64,000 nucleotides of DNA from Bacteroidota bacterium (GCA_023432985.1 JAEZEQ010000052.1:318-64317), one strand, 5' to 3'; positions 1 through 9,437 are shown, counted from the first letter of the stretch. Numbers and translations are program-made. Notes: a model not told the origin generated them from the sequence alone.

Positions 1-85
1 CAGCAATACCCAAAATCCAAGTAGCTGGTTGGCCTATTAGGGTGTTAATTCCACATATTATTTTTAGAATCTGTATTCCTTTTTT

Positions 86-93
86 TATCTTTG
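86..93 (+). promoter_or_regulatory. Candidate Bacteroidota -7 box (TATCTTTG) for the DUF349 gene
   Basis: Exact match to the TAnnTTTG -7 consensus known for Bacteroidetes sigma-A promoters. It lies 28 nt upstream of the ATG at 122 in an AT-rich spacer. Confidence 0.4.
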
Positions 94-121
94 TAGGATT
101 GGATATTATTTACAAGTTAAA

Positions 122-2014
122 ATGACAGAAAATATAGACCCTAAGGAGTTGGATTCTACGTCCGGACAAACGGTTCAGGATAATACAGAGCCATTTGAAG
201 CAGATTTTGGCCATGAGGAAGAGTCGGCCGTACTCGAAAATTCTGCCCATACTGCTGATGATGTTGAGCATTCTGAAGAGGAATTGAACCTGGATCAGGC
301 TTCTGTAGAGGAGTTGTATCAAATGTTGAAAGAAACCCTCCAGGGAGATTTGCTGAAAAGTTCTAAAATTCTTAAAGCGATTAAAACCAGATATCAGGAG
401 CTTATCAAAGATAAGGAAACGGAATTGAAGGCTAAGTTTTTGGAAGAAGGCGGATTGATAGATGATTTTGAATATAGTTTGTCTAAATTGGAACTGGAAT
501 TAAAGGCCGGAATCAAGGATGCCTTTGATAAGTGGAAACAATTGAAATTGAAAAGGGAACAGGACGAACAGAAAAACCTTTCCATGAAAAGTGACCTTAT
601 CGATGATATTAAAAAATTGATCGAAGAAGGGGATATCTCTCAAGTCCAATCTAAGTTCAAAGAAATTCAGGAAAAATGGAACGCAATCGGACAGGTTCCA
701 AGAGAAAAAGCACAAGATTTATATAATTCCTACAGACACGGTGTCAAAATGTATTACGATGCATTGAGTATACACCGCGATTTGTTTAAAATGGAATTGG
801 AAAAGAATCTGGAAAAGAAGGAACAAATTGTTAATAAGGTAGAACATTTGCTGCAATTGGAGTCGATTAAAAAATCGCTTGAATATTTGCAGGATCTACA
901 TAAGGAATGGAGAGAAATCGGTCCAATCCCTAAAAGTAAAAGCGATGAATTGTGGAATCGTTTTAAATTGGCCACAAATGCTGTGTATCAAAAACGAGAT
1001 GCTTATTTCGAAAAAATGCATCAGCAACGTAAGGTGAATTTTGATGCGAAATCGGCCTTATTGAAAGAACTGGAAGTTTGGGCTGCCAAAGAATACTCGG
1101 GTATGAAGGAGTTTTCTGAAGCCCAAAAAGCCATGGAAGACATAGATTTGCGTTGGCGTGCTATTGGACGTGTTCCTGAAGCTCAAAGCGAAGCCTTGTG
1201 GAATGCTTATCGTCAGGCCCGGAAAAATCTGATGCAGAAACGTCAGCATTTATGGGATGAAATGAAACAGAATTGGAGCCAAAACCTTGCCAAGAAAATG
1301 GCTTTAATCGAAAAAGCTGAAGCCTTGTCTACTTCTAATGATTGGAAAACTACTCCTTTGAAGTTTAAAAAACTCCAGGAAGAATGGAAGAAAATCGGGG
1401 CCGTTCAACGCGATAAAAGCGAACAAGTATGGGAAAGATTCCGTGCCGCAGCAGATAGGTTTTTCCGGTCTAAGGAAGAACATTTTAAACAAATACCGGC
1501 TCAGGAACAAGAAAATCTCGAGAAAAAGAAAAGCCTCATAGCTCAAATTGAAGCCTATGTGCCTCAGGAATCATTGCAGGATAATATTTCAGCCATGGAT
1601 GCGTTTGCTAAGGCATATAGAGGCATAGGATTTGTTCCCATCGCAGAAAAAAATCAGATTGAAAAGGCTTATGAAACGGCATGTAATGCGTTCTGGGCAA
1701 AATTGAATATTGATCCGGCAGAGAAGGAACGATTGGTGATGCAAAATTCGATTGAAGCATTGGCTCAAGGCCATCAACCTATGGATGCCTTGAAAAATGA
1801 AAGAATGGGGCTGAGAAATCGAATTGAAAAATTGCGCCAGGAATCTATGCAACTGGAAGGGAATCTTTCTTTCTTCGGTAAATCTAAAAATGCCGAAGGA
1901 TTGAAAAAACCCTATCTGGATAAAATTGAAAAGAATAAAGCCGAATTGCAACAGCTTGAAATGAAGTTGCAATTGTTGAATAAGGCTATGAAATCGTTTG
2001 AGGACAAAAAGTAA
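122..2014 (+). CDS. DUF349 domain-containing protein
   Basis: 630-aa ORF. Five copies of the DUF349-type repeat W-x2-IG-x-VP-x(6-8)-W-x-R/AF (e.g. EWREIGPIPKSKSDELWNRF, RWRAIGRVPEAQSEALWNAY, EWKKIGAVQRDKSEQVWERF). Acidic N-terminus and coiled-coil character. Confidence 0.85.
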   Translation: MTENIDPKELDSTSGQTVQDNTEPFEADFGHEEESAVLENSAHTADDVEHSEEELNLDQASVEELYQMLKETLQGDLLKSSKILKAIKTRYQELIKDKETELKAKFLEEGGLIDDFEYSLSKLELELKAGIKDAFDKWKQLKLKREQDEQKNLSMKSDLIDDIKKLIEEGDISQVQSKFKEIQEKWNAIGQVPREKAQDLYNSYRHGVKMYYDALSIHRDLFKMELEKNLEKKEQIVNKVEHLLQLESIKKSLEYLQDLHKEWREIGPIPKSKSDELWNRFKLATNAVYQKRDAYFEKMHQQRKVNFDAKSALLKELEVWAAKEYSGMKEFSEAQKAMEDIDLRWRAIGRVPEAQSEALWNAYRQARKNLMQKRQHLWDEMKQNWSQNLAKKMALIEKAEALSTSNDWKTTPLKFKKLQEEWKKIGAVQRDKSEQVWERFRAAADRFFRSKEEHFKQIPAQEQENLEKKKSLIAQIEAYVPQESLQDNISAMDAFAKAYRGIGFVPIAEKNQIEKAYETACNAFWAKLNIDPAEKERLVMQNSIEALAQGHQPMDALKNERMGLRNRIEKLRQESMQLEGNLSFFGKSKNAEGLKKPYLDKIEKNKAELQQLEMKLQLLNKAMKSFEDKK

Positions 2015-2048
2015 AATGTAAACACTCACGCACCATTACTCCTCATTT

Positions 2049-2079
2049 AGACCCGACTCACCATCGGGTCTATTTTTTT
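2049..2079 (+). terminator. Rho-independent terminator of the DUF349 gene
   Basis: Hairpin agacccga/tcgggtct (8 bp, 7-nt loop) followed by a T7 run. Confidence 0.7.
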
Positions 2080-2083
2080 CTGC

Positions 2084-2118
2084 AAAAAAAAAACGCACTA
2101 TTTTAATAGTGCGTTTTT
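2084..2118 (-). terminator. Rho-independent (bidirectional) terminator of the desaturase gene
   Basis: Stem cgcactatt/aatagtgcg. It is flanked by A10 on the plus strand (T10 on the minus strand) and T5. Confidence 0.7.
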
Positions 2119-2139
2119 GTATATAGTGTTGAATCGAAT

Positions 2140-2883
2140 TTAAGCTTTCACCATTTTGAGTATACCCAGTTTGCTCATTAAAGTTATAACAGCATAAGTA
2201 GGGTCAAATTCAAACCATTTAACGGCAAATTTTGCACGCATTGGAAGTTTGTGATGATTGTTTTGGAACAGTTCGCCTACACATAAAAAATCAAACAATA
2301 AGGTATTGCGACTCTTGTCTTTATTGTCGAAATTTTGATAGCCGTATTTATGACCACTCCAGTTTACTATAGCACCCTGAATCGGCCCCATTAGCCAGTG
2401 GATGGGAAGTAGGAAGAAAAAGGCCCAGTGAAAATCCCAAATGAAATATGCACCTATATAGATAAGCGTATAGATGATTCCCCAGGTAAGGCGACTAAAA
2501 TAGCCTTCGGCAAAATTGTCGAGTTTCTCTTTTTCCGGAAATGCTTTTTCAAATTCTACATCTGTTTTGAATATACGATGATAGATTTTAGTATAATAAT
2601 CCTTTGTTTTCCACATCATGGTAAATGGATTCGTACTGTTGTGTGGAGAATGCGGGTCTTTATCGGTATCGCTGTAGGCATGATGCAGACGGTGCAAAAT
2701 AGCATAAGCGCGAGGTGTTAAATAAGAAGAACCCATGGTAATATAGGTCATCCAGTAAAAAAATCTTTCCCAACCCTTAGACATGGTAAACATGCCGTGG
2801 GCAGCATAACGGTGCAGGAAAAATGATTGAAAAAATAAGCTGACATACCAATGCAGCAAAAAGAAAATAATGATAAACCACAT
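2140..2883 (-). CDS. Membrane fatty-acid (acyl-CoA/acyl-lipid, delta-9-type) desaturase
   Basis: 247 aa, hydrophobic N-terminus. Three histidine boxes typical of membrane desaturases: HRYAAH, HRLHHAYSD and NNHHKLP. Confidence 0.85.
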   Translation of the reverse strand: MWFIIIFFLLHWYVSLFFQSFFLHRYAAHGMFTMSKGWERFFYWMTYITMGSSYLTPRAYAILHRLHHAYSDTDKDPHSPHNSTNPFTMMWKTKDYYTKIYHRIFKTDVEFEKAFPEKEKLDNFAEGYFSRLTWGIIYTLIYIGAYFIWDFHWAFFFLLPIHWLMGPIQGAIVNWSGHKYGYQNFDNKDKSRNTLLFDFLCVGELFQNNHHKLPMRAKFAVKWFEFDPTYAVITLMSKLGILKMVKA

Positions 2884-2906
2884 AAAATTACTAATTAAAC
2901 ATTATG

Positions 2907-2914
2907 CAAATTTA
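2907..2914 (-). promoter_or_regulatory. Candidate -7 box (TAAATTTG on the minus strand) for the desaturase gene
   Basis: Plus-strand CAAATTTA is the reverse complement of TAnnTTTG. It lies 24 nt upstream of the ATG at 2883. Confidence 0.4.
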
Positions 2915-3044
2915 CTCCTTAATGTTTCTAAAAAAAAATAATGCGGTGTTAAATTGAAACTAATGCAATTTATTACCTTATTTGGGGGATGAACTTTTTT
3001 GTCATTATTTTGTACTATATTCTATTAACATACAATTGTATTCT

Positions 3045-3470
3045 ATGAGATTATTCTTTTTGTCTATAATCAGTTTGTCTATACTATCTTGCGCAAGCAA
3101 TAAACAGCAAACGAAAATGAAATCGGATCAACAAATTATTGAAAAGGAGTGGATTTTGGAATCTATGTTGGACGTGCCTTCCCCGGATAAGGTTTTTCCG
3201 CGCGGTATGCCCAGCTTCCAATATCAAGCGGCAGATTCTAATCTGAACGGGTTTAGTGGCTGTAATCAGTTTTTTGGTAAAGCCGATTTTAACCGTAATG
3301 TTTTTACCCCTCATCCGCATTGGGCTATGACCAAAATGTATTGCCCCGATACCGAAGAGGAAGCTTTTCTACGCTTATTCCAATCGGCAAATGCCTATAA
3401 GTTTAAAAAGGATAAACTCTATATCTTGCGCGACAAAGAACTCTACCTGGTATTTGTGCCCAAGAAATAA
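3045..3470 (+). CDS. META domain (HslJ-like) lipoprotein
   Basis: The internal ATG at 3045 gives MRLFFLSIISLSILSC, a lipoprotein signal with a lipobox Cys. NGFSGCNQFFG is the hallmark META-domain motif. The ORF-track start at 2982 adds a non-signal extension. Confidence 0.75.
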   Translation: MRLFFLSIISLSILSCASNKQQTKMKSDQQIIEKEWILESMLDVPSPDKVFPRGMPSFQYQAADSNLNGFSGCNQFFGKADFNRNVFTPHPHWAMTKMYCPDTEEEAFLRLFQSANAYKFKKDKLYILRDKELYLVFVPKK

Positions 3471-3477
3471 TGCGACT

Positions 3478-4590
3478 TTATTCCCCGCTTTTATGGTGAC
3501 TTAAAAAGAGTGCAAATGCGTTTTTTTTCACCCAATTGCTTAGCGCATATTCCTGTGTATAGGGAATTAAATAACAGCATTCGTTCTCTGCCTCAATATT
3601 TAATTCTATTTGTCGAAATTCCTGCGCTGCAGTTTGTATAAATCCATAATATCTGTCGCCCCGCTGTATAACCGCATCAGAGGGTAATATTATTCCCATT
3701 TTTGTGTGCATGGAAACCTCGGCCTCTATGAAAGATCCCGTTGCATAAGCCAAGGGTTTTTCTGTCCACCCGGCTATCATTTCAAAGCTTCGATCTGCAT
3801 TTATTTTTGGATTAATCTGACCTATTACTGCATTATAGCTGTTTCCGGATTTGTCTTTCACGCTTACTTTTGAACCTATTTCAAAAAGCGAAAATTGATC
3901 TTCGAATGCAATTAAACGCAATTGTGTAGCATCTTTCAATTGTATTTCGGCAATGTTTTTTCCCGATTCCACATATTCTCCCTCTATTACGGATAGGTTG
4001 GTGAGATAAGAACGCTCGGGTACACTTATCGTGAAAAATCGACTAATTTGCGTGGCATTTTCAGGTAATGCACGCAATTGCTCCAGTTGATTTTTCAATG
4101 CCATTTCTTCGCTTAAATCACTCTCGTAATTTGCCTTGGCTAATTCGTATGCTTTTGTCGATCCGGCCATCTCTGCAGCTAATTCGCCCTGCCTCTTATA
4201 GTCCTTTTCGCTCTGTATTCGGCGCGCCTTGGCCTGTAAATAGGATTTTTGCATCTCTGGCAATTGCATTGATTCCAATCGACATAGCGTTTCTCCTTTT
4301 CTCAATTCGCTCCCTATAGAATGTTTGATATCGCGTATGATGCCGGGAATGGGACTGCTAATGCTTCTTTCGGCTCCGGGCTTATTTTCTAAATAGGCAT
4401 TTAATTGTATGCTAAGACTCATACGGCCGGTGTCGACTTTCCCTATTTCTAAGCCCGCTTCTTTTTGTTGGAGCGTACTGATTTCTATGTACTGATTTTC
4501 TGCTAAATCGGGAACGGATTCCTCTATTTTTCGGTCGGACTTACATGCAGATAATAAGATCAATGCGTATAGTATATATCTCTTTTTCAT
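3478..4590 (-). CDS. Efflux RND transporter periplasmic adaptor subunit (CzcB/HlyD family)
   Basis: 370 aa with lipoprotein signal (LILLSAC). Coiled-coil hairpin region flanked by beta-barrel-type sequence. 4-nt ATGA overlap with the upstream RND pump gene. Confidence 0.8.
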   Translation of the reverse strand: MKKRYILYALILLSACKSDRKIEESVPDLAENQYIEISTLQQKEAGLEIGKVDTGRMSLSIQLNAYLENKPGAERSISSPIPGIIRDIKHSIGSELRKGETLCRLESMQLPEMQKSYLQAKARRIQSEKDYKRQGELAAEMAGSTKAYELAKANYESDLSEEMALKNQLEQLRALPENATQISRFFTISVPERSYLTNLSVIEGEYVESGKNIAEIQLKDATQLRLIAFEDQFSLFEIGSKVSVKDKSGNSYNAVIGQINPKINADRSFEMIAGWTEKPLAYATGSFIEAEVSMHTKMGIILPSDAVIQRGDRYYGFIQTAAQEFRQIELNIEAENECCYLIPYTQEYALSNWVKKNAFALFLSHHKSGE

Positions 4591-7500
4591 TTTTCTTTTT
4601 GTATATAATTATATTCTATAATGGCTTGCATCCATTCCCATTTTTTCTGTAACATTTCTTCTTTCATTTTTACATATTGCTGAAAATAGAGAAACCATTC
4701 ATTGAAGCCGATTTCGCCTTTTTCACGCTGAATAAAAATAAGTTGCAGCATAGAATCGGATTCTGTTTCTAAGGTTTCGAAGAGTTGTGTATAGCGGATT
4801 TGATACTGGGTTAGCACATTCAATCGGTTGTTTTTTTGCCGATTCAAAAGTTGATTATCCCATATTTCTTTCTTTTTTATCGCCGAATACATCCATTTTA
4901 ATTTCTTCTTTTCGCCTATTTCTCCCATCTGAAATAAAGGTATGCCCAATCCCACTTGCCAGGTGCCAAAGCGCTGCCTGCCGTCGTAATAGACTTCCGT
5001 ACCCGTGATATTCTGATATCCGATTATGGTCATATTGCTATAGCCGAATAAAAGGGAAGGAGCCAGGTTCCATTGTGCCGTCCTGTACTGATTTTTGAGT
5101 AAAGCCGTACGCAATGTATTTTGTTGAATATTTAAATCAAAGCTTTGCGATTGCTTGTTCAGGGTAGGGAAGGATGAGCTTTTGGGAATATAGGTTTCTG
5201 ATGTATCCAATAGAGCATTGAATAGATATAGATTATTTTCCATTTCCTGTTTCCACATCGCATGTTTGGTCTCTATTAAAGCGGCTTCCATTTGCAAAAC
5301 ATGCAGAGTCAGTTTATCGCTTTCCCCTTTATCGACGCGTTGTTTTTCGACCTTTAATGCCATTTTCCATATACTATCCATCTCTGCTGCAAATTCCATT
5401 TGTTCTTTTAGCCATACATGGAGATAATAGCTGTGATTCAGCCATTTTTCGTATTGGAGTCCCTCTTGCTGTAATTCCACACTCTTCAATTGCATTTCCG
5501 ATTTTGCCCTTGCCTTTGTTTGAGCATAATATGCCGGAAATTTTATGCTTTGTTGCACTGCAAATCCATTATCGAAAGCGGCACTATTTATATGCCCTAT
5601 GTTGAATTGAAATTCGGTTTCGGGAATTTCGAGCGAACTTAAAGGCATTTGACGCAATGCTTTTTGCATATCGGCACTGTAGGCGGCCCATTGCGATTTA
5701 CTTTGCAATATTTGTATGCTTTCCTCTATGCTAATCTCCTTTTGAGCATAGCCCGGAAGGAAAATGGCCAGGAATAAAACAAGTGTTGCATTCTTTTTAA
5801 ATCTTGATTTCATGACAAATAAAACAGGTAATACAATTAGTGTTAGTAAGGTCGATGTGAAAAGTCCCCCTATTACTACCGTAGCCAAGGGGCGTTGAAC
5901 TTCAGCTCCCGAACCATTGCTAAGTGCCATGGGAATAAAGCCTAAAGCTGCAACCGACGCGGTAAGTAAAACCGGACGTATACGGTTCACGCAGGCTTGT
6001 ACCACAGCTTCGACATGATCCGAAATTTCTTGTTTTTTCAAGCGGTTTATTTCGGAAACCAATACGACCCCATTTAATACCGCTACCCCAAACAAGGCAA
6101 TAAAGCCAATACCGGCCGAAATACTGAATGGCATATCTCTTAGCCATAAGGCCAAAATACCTCCTATGGACGATAATGGGATGGCGCTATAGACCAATAG
6201 ACTTTGTTTTACCGAGCCAAATGCGATATACAATAAGAAAAATATAAGCAAAAGTGCCACCGGAAAAGCTATGGCTAATCTCGATGAAGCCTCCTGCAAG
6301 TTTTCGAAACTACCCCCGTACCTTATAAAATACCCCTCCGGTAAGGATAAAGATTTGCTCCTTTGTTGAATATCGGAAACTACGGATTGTACATCTCGGT
6401 CTTTTACGTTAAACCCAACTATAAATCTCCTTTGTGCATTCTCCCTTTGAATCTGATTATAGCCCATTTCTTCTTTTACTTCTGCCAAAAGATAAAGGGG
6501 AATCTGATTGCCATTAACGCCCGGAATGGGCAATTGCTCTATTTGTTTTATACTTGTGCGCATTGCATCGGGAAGTCGTATACTGACATCATAATTCCGT
6601 TCTCCTTCATAAATTTTCCCCACAGTGAGTCCGGCAAATGCAGCGCTGAGCATTTTATTGGCATCTGCAATCTTCACTCCGTAACGCGACATAGCTTCGG
6701 GGTCGAATTTCACCACCGTTTGGGGCATACCGTCTATTCTTTCGACATAGGTTTCATAGGTGCCCGGTGTTTCGTCGACTATTTTTGCAATACGTGCACC
6801 CAATTGTGCCAGGCTGTCTAAATTTTCGCCGAATATTTTGATAACTACATCTTGTTTTGCACCGGTGAGTAGTTCATTGAAGCGCATTTGAACGGGAAAT
6901 TGAAAACTGAAATCGGCTTCCACCAATAGAGATAGGGCCTTATTCATAGAATCGGCCAAGGCCGGAAATGTAGTCGCCGTTTTCCATTCTTTCTTGTCTT
7001 TTAATACCACAATTATATCTGATGCCTCTGGTGGCATGGGGTCTGTCGGGATTTCGCTGGATCCGATTTTTGAGACTATTTTTTCCACTTCGGGAAATTG
7101 AAGTAAAATTTGGGTGATTTTTTGACTGTGTAACTTGCTGGACTCAAGATTTGATCCGGGAATTAACCTCGTCTCCACAGCAAAATCTCCCTCCTCTAAA
7201 GTAGGTATAAATTCTGCCCCCATACCCGATCCTATCCATACGGCAGGGATAAATAAAAGTAAGGCCGATGCCAATATCAGCCGGGGTTTATGTATGACGC
7301 GCAATAAGAATTTCTTATAAACACCTTGCAGAAAATGTTCCCATTTATCGGCAAAGTTCATCTTATTTCCTTTTGGAATTTTAAGTATCCATGCGCTCAT
7401 CATGGGCACATAAGTCAGCGAAAGGATAAAGGCTCCGATAAGGGCAAAGCTTACGGTTTGCGCCATGGGTCTAAACATTTTTCCCTCTATACCTTGCAGA

Positions 7501-8882
7501 CTAAAGATGGGAAGATAGACCACAAGGATAATTAACTGACCAAATATGGCGGCTTTCAACATTTTTGAGGCAGTGTCTACGGTAAGTTTTTTTGGATCTA
7601 TTTCCTCGCCTTTATGCTGCATAAAATAGAAGAGTATAGATTCAACTATAATCACCGCCCCGTCAATTAATAGTCCGAAATCTAATGCCCCAAGACTCAT
7701 TAAATTTCCCGATACACCAAATAAATGCATCATGGAAATGGCAAAGAGCATGGCCAACGGAATAATGGAAGCCACAAGCAATGCCGCACGCATATTTCCC
7801 AAAAACAGGAATAAGACCACAAAGACAATAAGCGCACCTTCCGCAAGATTAACTTTTACGGTAGAAATGGCATTATCTACCATTTTGGTTCGATCTAAAA
7901 AGGGTTCTATTACAGCCCCTTCGGGAAGACTGGCGTTTATTTCGGCTATACTCTTTTTTACATCTTTGATGATAGCCGAAGAATTCTCGCCTTTTAACAT
8001 CATTACTACAGCTCCGCTTACATCGCAATCGCCGTTATAACAAAGTGCACCATTGGGAATGGCATGTCCGTCTTTGATTTGTGCCACATCTTTAAGCCGC
8101 ACTATATGTCCGTCCGCTCCCGATTTTATTACCAGATTTTCTATTTCTTTTTTACTTTCAAGTAAACCTTCTGAACGAATATAACTTAAGGTTTTTCCTT
8201 TTTCTATATAAGCTCCGCCTGCATTGGAATTGTTTTTCAGAAGGCATTCTTCTATATCGTCAACGCCTATAGAAAATGCTTTCATTTTTTCGGGAAGCAT
8301 TTCTACCTCGTATTGTTTCAATAAGCCTCCGAAACTACTTACATCGGCCACGCCTTTCACGTTCAATAGGCGGCGACGCACAATCCAATCCTGCATACTT
8401 CGCAATTCTACCGCAGAGTATTTACCCGGATTTGCTGAATCGTTTCGGATTACATATTGATAAATTTCGCCCAATCCGCTCGTTATCGGTCCCAATTGCG
8501 GAGTCCCCAATGAAGGATCTATACTGCCCTGTAAAAGCAATAATCGTTCGCTTATTTGCTGTCTGGCCCAGTATATATCTGTACCTTCTTCAAAAACGAC
8601 GGTGACTACGGATAGGCCGAATCGGGAAAAACTACGTATTTGCTTTAGTCGGGGCGTATTGGCACAGGCTTGCTCCACCGGAAAAGTAATAAGCCTTTCC
8701 ACATCTGTTGCCCCTAAGGAAGGCGATACGGTTAATATTTGAACCTGATCGTCGGTGATATCGGGAATGGCATCTATGGGCAGACGGGTTAAGGAATATA
8801 TACCCCATGCAGATAAGGCCAGTACGCCTATTAATACAATTAATCTGTTGTGAACTGAAAAGTTCGCTATTTTTTGAATCAT
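4587..8882 (-). CDS. CusA/CzcA-family heavy-metal RND pump fused in frame to a TolC-like outer-membrane factor
   Basis: 1431 aa. Residues 1-1023 have the CzcA-type N-terminus (LPIDAIPDITDDQVQILT) and the 12-TM RND layout. Residues 1024-1431 start with a complete signal peptide (MKSRFKKNATLVLFLAIFLPGYAQ). They continue as a coiled-coil/beta OMF-like sequence. No stop codon separates the two parts. Confidence 0.8.
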   Translation of the reverse strand: MIQKIANFSVHNRLIVLIGVLALSAWGIYSLTRLPIDAIPDITDDQVQILTVSPSLGATDVERLITFPVEQACANTPRLKQIRSFSRFGLSVVTVVFEEGTDIYWARQQISERLLLLQGSIDPSLGTPQLGPITSGLGEIYQYVIRNDSANPGKYSAVELRSMQDWIVRRRLLNVKGVADVSSFGGLLKQYEVEMLPEKMKAFSIGVDDIEECLLKNNSNAGGAYIEKGKTLSYIRSEGLLESKKEIENLVIKSGADGHIVRLKDVAQIKDGHAIPNGALCYNGDCDVSGAVVMMLKGENSSAIIKDVKKSIAEINASLPEGAVIEPFLDRTKMVDNAISTVKVNLAEGALIVFVVLFLFLGNMRAALLVASIIPLAMLFAISMMHLFGVSGNLMSLGALDFGLLIDGAVIIVESILFYFMQHKGEEIDPKKLTVDTASKMLKAAIFGQLIILVVYLPIFSLQGIEGKMFRPMAQTVSFALIGAFILSLTYVPMMSAWILKIPKGNKMNFADKWEHFLQGVYKKFLLRVIHKPRLILASALLLFIPAVWIGSGMGAEFIPTLEEGDFAVETRLIPGSNLESSKLHSQKITQILLQFPEVEKIVSKIGSSEIPTDPMPPEASDIIVVLKDKKEWKTATTFPALADSMNKALSLLVEADFSFQFPVQMRFNELLTGAKQDVVIKIFGENLDSLAQLGARIAKIVDETPGTYETYVERIDGMPQTVVKFDPEAMSRYGVKIADANKMLSAAFAGLTVGKIYEGERNYDVSIRLPDAMRTSIKQIEQLPIPGVNGNQIPLYLLAEVKEEMGYNQIQRENAQRRFIVGFNVKDRDVQSVVSDIQQRSKSLSLPEGYFIRYGGSFENLQEASSRLAIAFPVALLLIFFLLYIAFGSVKQSLLVYSAIPLSSIGGILALWLRDMPFSISAGIGFIALFGVAVLNGVVLVSEINRLKKQEISDHVEAVVQACVNRIRPVLLTASVAALGFIPMALSNGSGAEVQRPLATVVIGGLFTSTLLTLIVLPVLFVMKSRFKKNATLVLFLAIFLPGYAQKEISIEESIQILQSKSQWAAYSADMQKALRQMPLSSLEIPETEFQFNIGHINSAAFDNGFAVQQSIKFPAYYAQTKARAKSEMQLKSVELQQEGLQYEKWLNHSYYLHVWLKEQMEFAAEMDSIWKMALKVEKQRVDKGESDKLTLHVLQMEAALIETKHAMWKQEMENNLYLFNALLDTSETYIPKSSSFPTLNKQSQSFDLNIQQNTLRTALLKNQYRTAQWNLAPSLLFGYSNMTIIGYQNITGTEVYYDGRQRFGTWQVGLGIPLFQMGEIGEKKKLKWMYSAIKKKEIWDNQLLNRQKNNRLNVLTQYQIRYTQLFETLETESDSMLQLIFIQREKGEIGFNEWFLYFQQYVKMKEEMLQKKWEWMQAIIEYNYIQKEK
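5742..5813 (-). other. Internal signal-peptide-like segment at the RND/OMF junction
   Basis: Codons 1024-1047 encode M-KSRFKK (n-region), ATLVLFLAIFL (h-region) and PGYA|Q (AXA-like cleavage site). The Met codon is at 5813-5811, in frame with czcA. Confidence 0.6.
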
Positions 8883-8890
8883 ACATCATG

Positions 8891-8929
8891 ATTTAAATTA
8901 CAATAAAAAAAACTGCTTGTAATTTAAAT
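8891..8929. repeat. Perfect 13-bp inverted repeat between the small leader ORF and the RND pump gene
   Basis: atttaaattacaa (8891-8903) and ttgtaatttaaat (8917-8929) are exact reverse complements separated by 13 nt. The right arm covers the stop codon of the 125-aa ORF. Confidence 0.7.
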
Positions 8930-9301
8930 CTTGGGTGGATGAAATATTTTTGTGAAATTAGGAAGTAATAAAGCCTCGTTAAATAAAATCTGCTGTTCGC
9001 AAACATAGGCGGGGCTTTCTATGAAAATACTTTCAGCTGAAGCAGGCAGAAAGGTAAACAGAAAGATAGATGACCATTCGGCACATTTAAACGGCAATTG
9101 CTGATCATTGGCCGGATTGTGATTCCCGTTCTGCTCCTGAGCATAATGCAAATTCAGAAAATCTTTAAAATCTAATAAAGGATTTTCAATTTTATGCTCT
9201 TTAAAATGAGAAAATAGCATGGGAACTTTTGCCACTTCGCCCAAAGGGGTAAATGTCAATAGGAAAAAAAATAAAGCTATATATCCGCTTCCTCTTCTCA
9301 T
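8924..9301 (-). CDS. Hypothetical small membrane-anchored/secreted protein, first gene of the metal-efflux operon
   Basis: 125 aa. N-terminal hydrophobic segment YIALFFFLLTFTPLG. His-rich patches (HFKEH, HYAQEQNGNH). Same strand as the RND gene and 41 nt upstream of it. I recognise no family with confidence. Confidence 0.5.
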   Translation of the reverse strand: MRRGSGYIALFFFLLTFTPLGEVAKVPMLFSHFKEHKIENPLLDFKDFLNLHYAQEQNGNHNPANDQQLPFKCAEWSSIFLFTFLPASAESIFIESPAYVCEQQILFNEALLLPNFTKIFHPPKI

Positions 9302-9307
9302 GAACTA

Positions 9308-9315
9308 CAAAGGTA
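9308..9315 (-). promoter_or_regulatory. Candidate -7 box (TACCTTTG on the minus strand) for the efflux operon
   Basis: Plus-strand CAAAGGTA matches the reverse complement of TAnnTTTG. It lies only 6 nt from the ATG at 9301, which implies a very short or absent leader. Confidence 0.35.
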
Positions 9316-9429
9316 TATTATTTTAAATTACACCTTATAATTCCTATGTTAAATTTATTATTTACTACACTTTTAGGTAAAATATAGACTTAATTTTAGG
9401 AGAAGATATTTTTTTGTCGTATCTTTATT

Positions 9430-9437
9430 TAACTTTG
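9430..9437 (+). promoter_or_regulatory. Candidate -7 box (TAACTTTG) for the large SBBP/T9SS protein gene
   Basis: Exact TAnnTTTG 18 nt upstream of the ATG at 9456. It lies inside the TTG-extended ORF-track model, which argues for the 9456 start. Confidence 0.45.

Noticed and set aside
3-125. Open frame (AIPKIQVAGWPIRVLIPHIIFRICIPFFIFVGLDIIYKLK*) whose TGA overlaps the DUF349 ATG as ATGA, possibly the 3' end of an upstream gene. There is also a possible minus-strand membrane-protein N-terminus reading out of the window.
   Set aside because: The region 60-120 is AT-rich and spacer-like and contains a good -7 box. Only about 40 codons are visible. The minus-strand option has no canonical start codon. 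This cannot be decided without upstream sequence.
8632-8889. 85-aa ORF starting ATGATG just upstream of, and out of frame with, the czcA start.
   Set aside because: It overlaps the conserved CzcA N-terminus in another frame. The CzcA frame gives the canonical MIQKI...LPIDAIPDIT sequence.
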